Below, piece after piece: positions 20,452 to 29,543 of a stretch of 64,000 nucleotides of DNA. The stretch is from Candidatus Omnitrophota bacterium. GTDB taxonomy: Bacteria > Omnitrophota > Gorgyraeia > Gygaellales > Profunditerraquicolaceae. The stretch lies in the NCBI GenBank assembly GCA_025453395.1, contig JALOQK010000006.1:22539-86538 (forward strand), written 5' to 3'. The notes under the pieces were generated by a model. It was given only the letters and a program-made list of their open reading frames with translations, had not been told where the DNA came from and made no database searches. The first letter of the stretch is position 1, and each line of letters begins with the position of its first letter. The position numbers were made by a program, and so were the translations under genes.

Positions 20452-21378
20452 CTATTCTTTCTTAAAAATACTTTTTACAATATATCTGGGGCGCTGTTTA
20501 ACTTCTTCAAATATCTTGCCGATATACTGCCCTAAAACGCTTATCCCTAAAAGCTGGATGGAGCCAATAAAAAGCACTACCACCAAAACTGTTGTAAAAC
20601 CCTGCGGGGCACTGGGAGTAATAATCTTTATAATAATCTGCGCGATGATACCGATCATAGATAAGAAAAATGTTACAAGCGAAAGCAAGGTCATTAATTC
20701 AAGCGGGACATAAGTAAAAGAGAATATTCCTTTCATCGCCCAGCTAAAATTCTTTAAGAAATTATTGGTTGATTTGCCAAACATACGTTCCGGCCTAACA
20801 TAAGAAACACCTGTCTGCTTAAAACCTGCCCAAGCGCGCAAGCCCCTAATAAACCTATCGCGCTCTGGCATATTTTTTAACACCTCTACCGCCTTCTTGT
20901 CTATCAAAGAAAAATCTCCGGCATTAAGCGGAACCTGCACATAAGAGATCTGGTGAAACAGGCGGTAAAAAAGCTTGTAGGCTATCTGCATAAAAATTGG
21001 CGCTTCACGTTTTATGCGCACTCCGTAGATTACGTCAAACCCTTCCAGCCATTTATTATAGAATTGCTCGATTAGCTCAGGGGGGTCCTGCAGGTCACCG
21101 TCAAGAAGCACTACCCCGTCGGAACTTGCGATGTCCATGCCGCTTGTAAACGCCATTTGGGAGCCGAAATTACGCGAATGGTTAACCGCTACCACATGGG
21201 CGTCCTTATTCACAAGCTGTTTTAATACAGCTTCGCTGTTATCAGGGCTGCCATCATTAATAAAAATAATCTCATAGCCACAGCCTATCTTATTAAAAAC
21301 ATCTGTTAGCCGCTTATGCATAATCGGGATTGCCTGTTCGTCTTTATAACAGGCAATAATCGCGGATATCTTTTTCAT
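20452..21378 (-). CDS. GT2 polyprenyl-phosphate glycosyltransferase (GtrB/ArnC-like)
   Basis: INDGSPD, SRNFG, DGDLQDPP, two C-terminal TMs, EVKQRPRY; GGAGG SD before ATG 21378. Confidence 0.92.
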   Translation of the reverse strand: MKKISAIIACYKDEQAIPIMHKRLTDVFNKIGCGYEIIFINDGSPDNSEAVLKQLVNKDAHVVAVNHSRNFGSQMAFTSGMDIASSDGVVLLDGDLQDPPELIEQFYNKWLEGFDVIYGVRIKREAPIFMQIAYKLFYRLFHQISYVQVPLNAGDFSLIDKKAVEVLKNMPERDRFIRGLRAWAGFKQTGVSYVRPERMFGKSTNNFLKNFSWAMKGIFSFTYVPLELMTLLSLVTFFLSMIGIIAQIIIKIITPSAPQGFTTVLVVVLFIGSIQLLGISVLGQYIGKIFEEVKQRPRYIVKSIFKKE

Positions 21379-21392
21379 AAAACCTCCATTTA

Positions 21393-21525
21393 AATAACCA
21401 ATAATCAAATCTCAATCACCAAATAATAACCAATTACCAATGCCTCAATAACCAAACGAATTTGGTAAATTGGTTATTGATTATTGGATTTTATTTGGTT
21501 ATTGGTGCTTAGTTATTGATAAATT
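21393..21525. repeat. Imperfect palindrome built of heptamer tandem repeats (AATAACC-like arm / GGTTATT-like arm)
   Basis: aataacc aataatc aaatctc aatcacc ..aataacc aattacc ..aataacc, centre ~21458, then ..ggttatt gattatt ggatttt ..ggttatt ggtgctt agttatt. Confidence 0.8.
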
Positions 21526-21533
21526 GCATATGT

Positions 21534-22034
21534 CTATTTTATTAAGTTTATATAATACGGCTTTGGGTTATTCGCCATTTCCTCAACCATACTTAAGATT
21601 TGGCTATTATCTTCCGGCCAAAGGCCTGTGATGTTTGAAAATATCTGCATCACCTTTTTATCTTCTTCTGCCCAATGAGAGAAGCCGTCATGCAAATAAT
21701 CTTTATTTCTCCCAGAAGCAACCAGTTTCACCGGGATCATTTCATTATTTATGTAATTACGGATAGTTTCAAACGGGCGGTATAATAAAAATGGAGTTAT
21801 AGAATAAACAAACGGTATCTTTCCCGATAAAGCAAGCCCCACGGAAATATCCATCATCGCCTGTTCAGCGGCTCCGGTATTAATAAATCTTCCCGGATAA
21901 TCAGCGCGTATCTTATCCCACATTTTGTACCCTAAGTCTCCTGTAACAACCCAAATCTTATCATTCCGGGACATTTTATCATGCAGGGCATCAGCAAAAC
22001 ACCTGCGCATCTTTACAGCAGAAATTTCTTTCAT
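21534..22034 (-). CDS. Transketolase-like pyrimidine-binding subunit (no C-terminal domain)
   Basis: TGDLG, FINTGAAEQAM..GLAL.G, RPFETIR, GFSHW; start 22034 or 22010 (track start lies in a repeat). Confidence 0.85.
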   Translation of the reverse strand: MKEISAVKMRRCFADALHDKMSRNDKIWVVTGDLGYKMWDKIRADYPGRFINTGAAEQAMMDISVGLALSGKIPFVYSITPFLLYRPFETIRNYINNEMIPVKLVASGRNKDYLHDGFSHWAEEDKKVMQIFSNITGLWPEDNSQILSMVEEMANNPKPYYINLIK

Positions 22035-22062
22035 ACCCCACCCTCTCTTCCCACTCTCATTC

Positions 22063-22105
22063 CAACCACACAACTCACAACCCACAACTCATAACCCATA
22101 GCCCA
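22063..22105. repeat. Heptamer tandem repeat between transketolase subunit genes
   Basis: caaccaca caactca caaccca caactca taaccca tagccca. Confidence 0.75.
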
Positions 22106-22113
22106 CCCCCTCT

Positions 22114-22842
22114 TCAACTCAATATCTCCATAGCAAACTTAAAATCTTTTTCGCTCATAACATAGTAATGCGCGTCAAGCCCTTTCAAAAAAGGCATCTG
22201 CTCTGATTTGGTCTTTATTAACAAAAGCAACGGGACACTTTTTGTGCCTGCGTTTCTGGATAATGCCTTAACAATATCATCCGGATCACAAGTATTAATG
22301 CTTACCGGATTTAAACCAAACCCCTTGAACTTACGCAATAAACTGCTTATGTCTACCTTCTTATACGCTGCCCAGCCATTAGCATTAACTAAAATATTAA
22401 GATTAGAAAGCTTGTTTTCCACGGCGATGTTTAAAGCCTCCCAGATACTTCCCTCAGCGCATTCTCCGTCAGATATAAGGCAATAAACATTTTTCTTTCT
22501 ATCGCCCAAGGCCATGCCTGTGGCAATACCTAAGCCATGGCCTAAGCTGCCGCTTGAAACATCTATGCCATAGCTTGCATTACGATCAGGATGAATATTC
22601 AACTGCATCAGGGAATCTTCTCTTAAAGACCCTTGTTTTTCTAATACTGCGTACAAGGCAACTGCGGCATGTCCGCTTGAAAGGACAAACGGCTCATCCT
22701 TTTTCTTCGCCTGATAGACTGCGCCTATAATGTCCACGGCCGTCAAGCAGGAGCCCAAATGCGATAAAGATTTTTTATGGCTTATTTCAATGATTCTGCG
22801 GCGCAGATGTTTATGCTCGTTTTTCAGTTTCTTAAAATCCAT
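22114..22842 (-). CDS. Transketolase-like ThDP-binding subunit
   Basis: SHLGSCL, LSSGH, HPD, GSLGHGLG, SDGECAEGSIWEA..N ThDP motif. Confidence 0.9.
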   Translation of the reverse strand: MDFKKLKNEHKHLRRRIIEISHKKSLSHLGSCLTAVDIIGAVYQAKKKDEPFVLSSGHAAVALYAVLEKQGSLREDSLMQLNIHPDRNASYGIDVSSGSLGHGLGIATGMALGDRKKNVYCLISDGECAEGSIWEALNIAVENKLSNLNILVNANGWAAYKKVDISSLLRKFKGFGLNPVSINTCDPDDIVKALSRNAGTKSVPLLLLIKTKSEQMPFLKGLDAHYYVMSEKDFKFAMEILS

Positions 22843-22844
22843 GA

Positions 22845-23765
22845 TTAGCCTTCCTCTGCAGGCTTAATTGCTATAATACACAAATTGCCCAATCTTAAGC
22901 TAAAGTTTAAAGATAAGAACCAATTCAAAAAACCTGACCTTGCTTTTAAAATATACTCTTTGAATCTTTTTCCAAGCGGTAGCAGCCATAAAAAATAGCT
23001 TAAAGAAATCCTATTATATGGGGAATATATCTTTAAAGTGACAAACCCGCGCGCTTCAAATATTTTCTTTATAGTTTTCTTACTGTATAAAAAAGGATGC
23101 TCGATATCCACAATCGGGCTTTTTTCGCCTAAGAGTTTACTGGAAAGGCTTTCTGCGTCGTGGTTAAAACACAAGACATACCCTCCGGGCACAAGCAGAT
23201 CATAACAAGTCTGCAAGAATTCAACTGGCGCATCAACGTGGTCAAAAGTCTGGAAGAAAAAAATAAAATCAAAACAGCCTTTTTCAAATATGCCGGGTGT
23301 CAAAAAACTTGTTTTAATGCTTGCTTGAAGCGATCCATCGGCCTTAAGTACCGCTTGCTTGCTTGGCTCAATGCCAAAAATATTTTTATAGCCTCTTTTT
23401 AAAAGCTCTGTAAGCAGAAATCCATTGCCGCAACCAATCTCAAGGATCCTGGCGTTCTGGTTTAACCTTTTTAACACCTGCTCCAGCGCTTGCATATAGG
23501 AGCTGGTTAAATTCTTGATTTGCTTTTCGTAATTAAATTTACTCTTACTATAAAAATCTTCTACGGTTGTTTTATCTAAAACAGGATCAGCGCGCAATAA
23601 CCCGTCTTTATTGCATTTCACAATCCGGTAATGCACCCTATCGGGAAGTCGGCGTGCAGAAAAAGTATCTACATTAATATCTGCAGTTTCAAAATTTTGA
23701 TCATAGATTACTTTATAATCGCCAAGGCTGCCGCACAAAGGGCAAGATGTATGCACAAGTTTCAT
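22845..23765 (-). CDS. Class I SAM methyltransferase with N-terminal Cys/zinc domain
   Basis: CPLCG, ILEIGCGNG SAM motif, GIEPS, FDHV, LVPGG. Confidence 0.85.
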   Translation of the reverse strand: MKLVHTSCPLCGSLGDYKVIYDQNFETADINVDTFSARRLPDRVHYRIVKCNKDGLLRADPVLDKTTVEDFYSKSKFNYEKQIKNLTSSYMQALEQVLKRLNQNARILEIGCGNGFLLTELLKRGYKNIFGIEPSKQAVLKADGSLQASIKTSFLTPGIFEKGCFDFIFFFQTFDHVDAPVEFLQTCYDLLVPGGYVLCFNHDAESLSSKLLGEKSPIVDIEHPFLYSKKTIKKIFEARGFVTLKIYSPYNRISLSYFLWLLPLGKRFKEYILKARSGFLNWFLSLNFSLRLGNLCIIAIKPAEEG

Positions 23766-24700
23766 TTATATATAGAGTGATTTCTTTTAAACCATTCCCA
23801 AGTCAAACTCAAACCTTTTTCTAAGCTGACTTGCGGCTTAAAACCTAAGAGTTTCTTTGCCTTAGAAATATCCGCCACCCAGCAGGAAGTATCCCACTGA
23901 CGCATCGGCATCTTGCCCCATCTAAAAGAAGTAGTTTTGCCGGTTACCTTGACTGCTTTTTCTACAATATCCTTAATTGAAGACTGTTTGCCGGTTGCGA
24001 TATTAAAGATTTCACCGGGGAATAATTTTAGCCGAGATATATTCATATAAGCGCTGACCATGTCATCAACATATATGTAATCGCGCGCGATATCCGGATT
24101 TACCAAATCCATGGCTTTCTTAAAATACAAACAACGCATCAGTGTTGGGACAAAGCGCGAAGGCTGTTCATAGGCCCCATAAACCGAAAACGGCCGAAGC
24201 GTAACAACGGGTTTTTTTTCTTTGCGCGCGAAATACGAGCATAAAAGTGACGCTGAAGACTTACTGACTGCATAATAACTTGTTGGTTCTAAACAATCAT
24301 CTTCGCGCATGGGCTTATCTTTAAACCCATATTCCGAAGAGCTTCCAGTATTAACCAGCAACTCGTAATCAATGCAGGATGCAGCCTTTAAAATATTCCA
24401 TGTGCCGGAAAGATTAACCTTGAATGCTAAATCTGAATCAGTCTGCTCTGGATAAGCTCCATAAGCGGCAAGATGGTAGATTACAGTGGGTTTTGCTTTA
24501 AAGAAAATCTTCTTTAACTCTTGAAAAGAAGTTAAATCTGAACAATGAACTTTTGTTTTCTTAAGAATATCTTTGATGCGCCAGACTTGAGCTTCTTTTC
24601 TTAAGATTATATGGACATCTTCTTTATTTTCAACAAGATGCCTTAATAGGCAAGAGCCCACAAATCCGCTAGCCCCAGTAATAAGATAAACCCTTTTCAC
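23762..24700 (-). CDS. NAD-dependent NDP-sugar epimerase/dehydratase
   Basis: ITGASGFVG, GSSSEYG, YAVSK, RDYIYVDD; GTG start with AGGAG SD. Confidence 0.92.
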   Translation of the reverse strand: MKRVYLITGASGFVGSCLLRHLVENKEDVHIILRKEAQVWRIKDILKKTKVHCSDLTSFQELKKIFFKAKPTVIYHLAAYGAYPEQTDSDLAFKVNLSGTWNILKAASCIDYELLVNTGSSSEYGFKDKPMREDDCLEPTSYYAVSKSSASLLCSYFARKEKKPVVTLRPFSVYGAYEQPSRFVPTLMRCLYFKKAMDLVNPDIARDYIYVDDMVSAYMNISRLKLFPGEIFNIATGKQSSIKDIVEKAVKVTGKTTSFRWGKMPMRQWDTSCWVADISKAKKLLGFKPQVSLEKGLSLTWEWFKRNHSIYK

Positions 24701-24729
24701 ATACCTCTCCTTGGAGGGTATTTTAGCAC

Positions 24730-24778
24730 AAAAAACACAGGGACGGTTCTATTTTTTTTGAAGAATAGAACCGTCCCT
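24730..24778 (-). terminator. Intrinsic terminator / REP-like hairpin after lipA
   Basis: Perfect 15-bp IR agggacggttctatt (24739-53) / aatagaaccgtccct (24764-78), followed on minus strand by GTGTTTTTT. Confidence 0.75.
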
Positions 24779-24787
24779 CATATTTAC

Positions 24788-25627
24788 TTATTCCTTAAGA
24801 TACTCATGCGCCATGTAGGAACTGCGCGTGTAGGGTGAGCTTTGAACATGCAAAAAACCTAACTTCATGCCTTTTTCTTTATAAAAGGCAAATTTCTCGG
24901 GAGTAACATATTCCTTCACCGGATAGTGTTTAATGCTTGGGGCAAGATACTGGCCAATGCTTAAAAAATCACAGGATGCATGACGCAAATCTGACATAGC
25001 GCAGGCGACTTCTTCTTCTTTCTCGCCCATACCCAGCATAATCCCGGATTTGGTTTTAATCTCTGGCGCAATTTTCTTAATAAATCTTAAAACATCAAGC
25101 GACCTCTGGTAACTTGCGCCTTGACGCACCAAACTGTAAAGCGAAGGCACAGTCTCAATATTATGCGCGATAATATCAGGATAAGAATCTGCGACTGTAG
25201 CTAACGCTTCATCTGAAAGTTTAAAATCCGGAATTAAAATCTCAATTTTTGCTCCTGGCGATAATTTTCGTATGGATAAAACAGTACCCGCAAAAATCTT
25301 TGCTCCTCCATCAGGCAAATCATCCCGGGTTACACTTGTAATTACTACATGAGACAAATTTAATTTCTTTACTGCCTCTGCCACACGCATCGGCTCTTCC
25401 TGATCAACCGCCTCTGGAGTATTGTTCTGAACATTACAGAATTTACAGCCCCTTGTGCAATATTTACCTAAAATCAAAAATGTCGCCTGGTTATGGCTAA
25501 AACACTCTGCAATATTAGGGCAAGAGGCTTGTTCGCAAACCGTATTTAGCTTACTTTCCCGCAGCAATCTCTTCATGTCGGAACAAGCATTAAGATTTAT
25601 TTTCTTATTTAACCAAACTGGTTTCAT
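24788..25627 (-). CDS. lipA: Lipoyl synthase
   Basis: CEQASCPNIAEC, CTRGCKFC, RSSY. Confidence 0.96.
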   Translation of the reverse strand: MKPVWLNKKINLNACSDMKRLLRESKLNTVCEQASCPNIAECFSHNQATFLILGKYCTRGCKFCNVQNNTPEAVDQEEPMRVAEAVKKLNLSHVVITSVTRDDLPDGGAKIFAGTVLSIRKLSPGAKIEILIPDFKLSDEALATVADSYPDIIAHNIETVPSLYSLVRQGASYQRSLDVLRFIKKIAPEIKTKSGIMLGMGEKEEEVACAMSDLRHASCDFLSIGQYLAPSIKHYPVKEYVTPEKFAFYKEKGMKLGFLHVQSSPYTRSSYMAHEYLKE

Positions 25628-26330
25628 AAAATTCTACTCCAAAATTATCGGAAAAAGAATCAATAAGCTTATCCTCTAAAATATTCCTCTCTGGCAAACT
25701 TGAAAACTGTTCGGATAGACTAGTTACATTTTCTTTTATGCCAAGCGGCATTTTCTTTAAATAACTCTCTAAAAGCTTCCAATCAATACTAAAAGGAATG
25801 CTTCCATGTTGAAAGATGCAATCCCTTTTTCTTTTTTGGGCATTGCCGCCAATCTTCTTCCCGGAAATAGTAACATCATATTTCTCATGGGATGCGCAAC
25901 ACAATTCATGGGGAAAATTTTTATTAAGGAAGCTATCAAGCTCTACAGAAAATTTTGCCTCTAGATTAAGTTTTTTATAAAAATCTAAAAGAAATCGGCA
26001 AATACTGCGATACCCCACAAGCAGGCCCTCTGGCTCATTGATATCCTCTTTAGAACAAGCAAAGCTATAGGTAATCTCATGCCAATGAAAAAGTATCCCG
26101 CCGCCAGTAATTCTTTTTACCACCTCTACATTACAAGCTATGCACCTATCAAGATTAATTTCATCATCGGGAGTTTGAGAGAATCCATAAGTAAAAGAAG
26201 GATTCTTCCATCCATATACACGGAATACTGGGATACGATCTTCTAGATATTGATTAAAGATCTTTTCATCAAGCGCCATATTAAAACTGGCACTTTGTAA
26301 ACCCGACCTTATTAATTTAAATTTTTTCAT
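25605..26330 (-). CDS. Lipoate-protein ligase / octanoyltransferase (LplA/LipM family)
   Basis: NMALDE, KRITGGG, KKIGGNAQ, QHGSI; between gcvPB and lipA. Confidence 0.88.
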   Translation of the reverse strand: MKKFKLIRSGLQSASFNMALDEKIFNQYLEDRIPVFRVYGWKNPSFTYGFSQTPDDEINLDRCIACNVEVVKRITGGGILFHWHEITYSFACSKEDINEPEGLLVGYRSICRFLLDFYKKLNLEAKFSVELDSFLNKNFPHELCCASHEKYDVTISGKKIGGNAQKRKRDCIFQHGSIPFSIDWKLLESYLKKMPLGIKENVTSLSEQFSSLPERNILEDKLIDSFSDNFGVEFYETSLVK

Positions 26331-27784
26331 ACAAAACGCAGATTTGGTTCGCGCGCGGCTTTTGTTTCATCAAGGCGCCTAACAGGGGTATTAACTGGAG
26401 CTTGTGTAATAGCAGTTGGATTATCTTGGGCAAGTTTCGCGATTTCAATCATTACATCTATAAACTCATCCAAGGTTTCTTTGGATTCGGTTTCTGTAGG
26501 CTCAATCATTAAGGATTCTTTGACAATTAACGGGAAATAAATCGTGGGAGGATGATAACCTTTATCAATTAAGTACTTGGCAATATCCAAGGCATGCACC
26601 CCAGTTTGCGCCTGGCGCGAGGCTGAAAAAACACACTCATGCATACAGGGTTTATCAAAAGCTGACTGGTAATAATCTTTAAGCTTCACCCGGCAATAGT
26701 TAGCATTTAAAACTGCCATTTCCGAAGCCCTGATCAAACCCTCTTTACCTAAACGTAACATATAAGCGTAAGCCTTTAAGATAACCCCAAAATTTCCGTA
26801 AAAAGGCGCGATATAACCAATAGATTTATGGCGGTGATAATCCAAGGCATAGGTGGCATCACTTCTTTTAATCACTCTTGGGTTGGGCAGGAATTCAACT
26901 AACTTCTCCCCTACGCCTACTGGCCCTGCTCCCGGACCTCCTCCTCCATGAGGAGTGCCAAAGGTTTTATGCAAATTTATATGCACTACATCAAAGCCCA
27001 AATCTCCGGGACGGGCCTTGCCTAAAACTGCGTTTAGATTAGCTCCGTCATAATACATCAATGCCCCTGCCTCATGCGCCATATCAGAGATTTCTTTAAT
27101 GCGCGGATTAAAAATCCCTAAGGTATCCGGACAAGTAAGCATTACCGCGGCAACTTCTTTATTTAATTGCTTTTTATACTCCGCTAAATCCATATAACCG
27201 TCGGGACCAGTGGGAATAACAATAACTTTGTATCCGGCAATAGCCGCGCTTGCGGGATTAGTGCCATGCGAAGAATCCGGCACGATTATATACTTACGCC
27301 TGTCGCCTTTATCCTTGTGATACGCGGCAATCAGCATTACTCCGGTTAACTCACCATGCGCTCCGGCTAAAGGCTGTAAGGTAAAGCCATGCATCCCGGT
27401 AATTTCGCAAAGAAGTTTTTTTGTCTCAAACAAAACTTCTAAAGACCCTTGAGTCAACATCCCGCCTCCGGCAAGTTGCGGCAATAATGGATGCACATGG
27501 GTAAAGCCTTCAAGAGAAGCCACCCGCTCGGTAAACTTAGGATTATATTTCATGGTGCAGGAGCCCAAAGGATAAAAATTACCATCCACAGAAAAATTCA
27601 TCTGTGACAAGTTTGTATAGTGGCGCACTACGTCCAGCTCGCTTAAAGACGGCAATTTTGCTTCTTGCTTGCGGCAATATTTATCTGGCAAGCTCTTAGC
27701 TTCCGGCACATCAGAAGAAGCGTAAGAAAATCCGCGCCTTGCGCTTTTATGCTTTTCAAAAATAAGTTTCATGGGAAATCTCAT
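26327..27784 (-). CDS. gcvPB: Glycine dehydrogenase subunit 2
   Basis: YPLGSCTMKYNP, HGTNPASA, NLHKTFGTPHGGGGPG; start 27784 or 27772. Confidence 0.96.
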   Translation of the reverse strand: MRFPMKLIFEKHKSARRGFSYASSDVPEAKSLPDKYCRKQEAKLPSLSELDVVRHYTNLSQMNFSVDGNFYPLGSCTMKYNPKFTERVASLEGFTHVHPLLPQLAGGGMLTQGSLEVLFETKKLLCEITGMHGFTLQPLAGAHGELTGVMLIAAYHKDKGDRRKYIIVPDSSHGTNPASAAIAGYKVIVIPTGPDGYMDLAEYKKQLNKEVAAVMLTCPDTLGIFNPRIKEISDMAHEAGALMYYDGANLNAVLGKARPGDLGFDVVHINLHKTFGTPHGGGGPGAGPVGVGEKLVEFLPNPRVIKRSDATYALDYHRHKSIGYIAPFYGNFGVILKAYAYMLRLGKEGLIRASEMAVLNANYCRVKLKDYYQSAFDKPCMHECVFSASRQAQTGVHALDIAKYLIDKGYHPPTIYFPLIVKESLMIEPTETESKETLDEFIDVMIEIAKLAQDNPTAITQAPVNTPVRRLDETKAAREPNLRFV

Positions 27785-29112
27785 AATACAGCCTCCAGAG
27801 CATCCACAAAGGAATTTATCTGCTCTTTGGTTCTTTTTTCAGTTACCGCTACCAGCAAATAATTATCCATACCCTTATAAAACCTGCCCAAAGGAAAACC
27901 ACAGGCAAATCCTTTTTCTATCATCCGGTGCACCACATCATCCGCGTCACGCGGCAACAAAACTGTAAACTCATTAAAAGTAGATGAACTTTTCTTTACC
28001 TGAACCGAAGAAACTCTGGATAAAACATTTTTAGCGTATTCAGATTTCTGATAATTAAGCTGGGCTAATTCTTTTAGGCCATCTCTACCCAAAAGCGCAG
28101 CAAATACCACCGCGCGCAAAGCGCATAAGGCCTCGTTAGAGCAGATATTGGAAGTAGCTTTTTCCCGACGGATATGCTGTTCGCGGGTCTGAAGGGTCAA
28201 AACAAAAGCGCGTTTACCTTGGCTATCAACAGTTTGCCCCACAATTCTTCCGGGCATCTGGCGCACAAGCCCTTTTTTTGCTGACATAAATCCTAAATAA
28301 GGGCCCCCAAAAGATAAGGGAATCCCTAAACTCTGGCCTTCGCCGGTTGCAATATCAAATCCCATCTCACCGGGAGATTTCAGCATCCCTAAAGATACCG
28401 GATATACCGAGGCAATTGCCAAAGCGCCAAACTTATGCACCTGTTCTACTACATCGCTGTAATCATCCACTACCCCAAAGAAATTTGGATTTTGTATAAT
28501 TACCGCCGCAGTTTTGTCATCCAGGTGCTTTGAAAAATCTGACCGCGAGCTTTTTCCATGCTCAATGGGGATCTCTACAAATTCAATAGAAAGATTAGAA
28601 GTATAGGTATAAAGCATGGTGCGGTAAATTAAATTAACCCCGCTATCCATAATAATTTTATTGCGCCCGGTCAGGCGAATCGCCATCATCAAGGCTTCAT
28701 AAAGCGCGGTTCCTCCGTCGTATAAAGAAGCATTGGAAACATCAAGCCCTGTTAATTCGCAGATAATCGTCTGATATTCGTATATTGCCTGCAGCCACCC
28801 TTGTGAACACTCTGGTTGATAAGGAGTGTAAGCCGTATAAAATTCCGGGCGGTTAACAATGGCATCAACTGCCGCTGGGATAAAATGATCATAGAATCCA
28901 GCACCCACAAAATTAATTAAATTGGTCGCGTTTTTAGTAGCAAGCCTGTGCAGGTGTTTGGTTACTTCAAACTCTGATTTACCTGGCGGGATATTAAAAG
29001 ATTTGGGCCTTAAGGCAGGCGGAATATCACCAAAAAGCTCATCAATGCTTGAAACTCCAATAACCTTAAGCATTTCCTGAATATCTTCTTTGGTGTGTGG
29101 CACATAACTCAT
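27781..29112 (-). CDS. gcvPA: Glycine dehydrogenase subunit 1
   Basis: TAYTPYQPECSQG, NASLYDG, REQHIRREKATSNICSN. Confidence 0.96.
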   Translation of the reverse strand: MSYVPHTKEDIQEMLKVIGVSSIDELFGDIPPALRPKSFNIPPGKSEFEVTKHLHRLATKNATNLINFVGAGFYDHFIPAAVDAIVNRPEFYTAYTPYQPECSQGWLQAIYEYQTIICELTGLDVSNASLYDGGTALYEALMMAIRLTGRNKIIMDSGVNLIYRTMLYTYTSNLSIEFVEIPIEHGKSSRSDFSKHLDDKTAAVIIQNPNFFGVVDDYSDVVEQVHKFGALAIASVYPVSLGMLKSPGEMGFDIATGEGQSLGIPLSFGGPYLGFMSAKKGLVRQMPGRIVGQTVDSQGKRAFVLTLQTREQHIRREKATSNICSNEALCALRAVVFAALLGRDGLKELAQLNYQKSEYAKNVLSRVSSVQVKKSSSTFNEFTVLLPRDADDVVHRMIEKGFACGFPLGRFYKGMDNYLLVAVTEKRTKEQINSFVDALEAVL

Positions 29113-29498
29113 TTTGAAAGACCCTCTAGATAAACTTGATAAGCGTTATTATCCATAAGCTTGGCTTTTTCTTGCTCATTATCAAGCTGGATCACAAAGA
29201 AAAAACCTTTTTCATAGCAAGACTTGTTAACTAATTCAGGATGGCTGGCCAATTCTGGATTAACAGATAAAACTGTGCCGGAAAATGGGCTATAAACGTC
29301 CGATGCCGCCTTAACCGACTCTACAACCGCCGCCGGATCAGCTTGTTTTAATGCTTTCCCGACTTTTGGTAAATCTACAAATGTAATATCTCCCAATGAA
29401 CCCTGGGCATAATCAGTAATACCGACATAAGCGGTTTTACCTTCTACGCGCGCCCATTCATGATCTTTGGTATAAAGAAGATTTTCTGGAATATTCAT
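29109..29498 (-). CDS. gcvH: Glycine cleavage H protein
   Basis: YTKDHEW, GITDYAQ, VESVKAASD lipoyl-Lys; AGGAGG SD before ATG 29498. Confidence 0.96.
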   Translation of the reverse strand: MNIPENLLYTKDHEWARVEGKTAYVGITDYAQGSLGDITFVDLPKVGKALKQADPAAVVESVKAASDVYSPFSGTVLSVNPELASHPELVNKSCYEKGFFFVIQLDNEQEKAKLMDNNAYQVYLEGLSK

Positions 29499-29543
29499 CA
29501 AACTTGATCCTCCTGTTATAGCATTATTTTGTCGCCCCACCAT

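Noticed and set aside
21393-21525. CRISPR array or N-terminal coding extension of the GT2
   Set aside because: Units are 7 nt with no spacers; a clear GGAGG SD supports the GT2 start at 21378
24701-24721. SD-sequestering hairpin (RNA thermometer) before the epimerase
   Set aside because: The imperfect IR exists, but a TGcTAAAAT -10 at 24728-24720 would start transcription inside it; too weak to call
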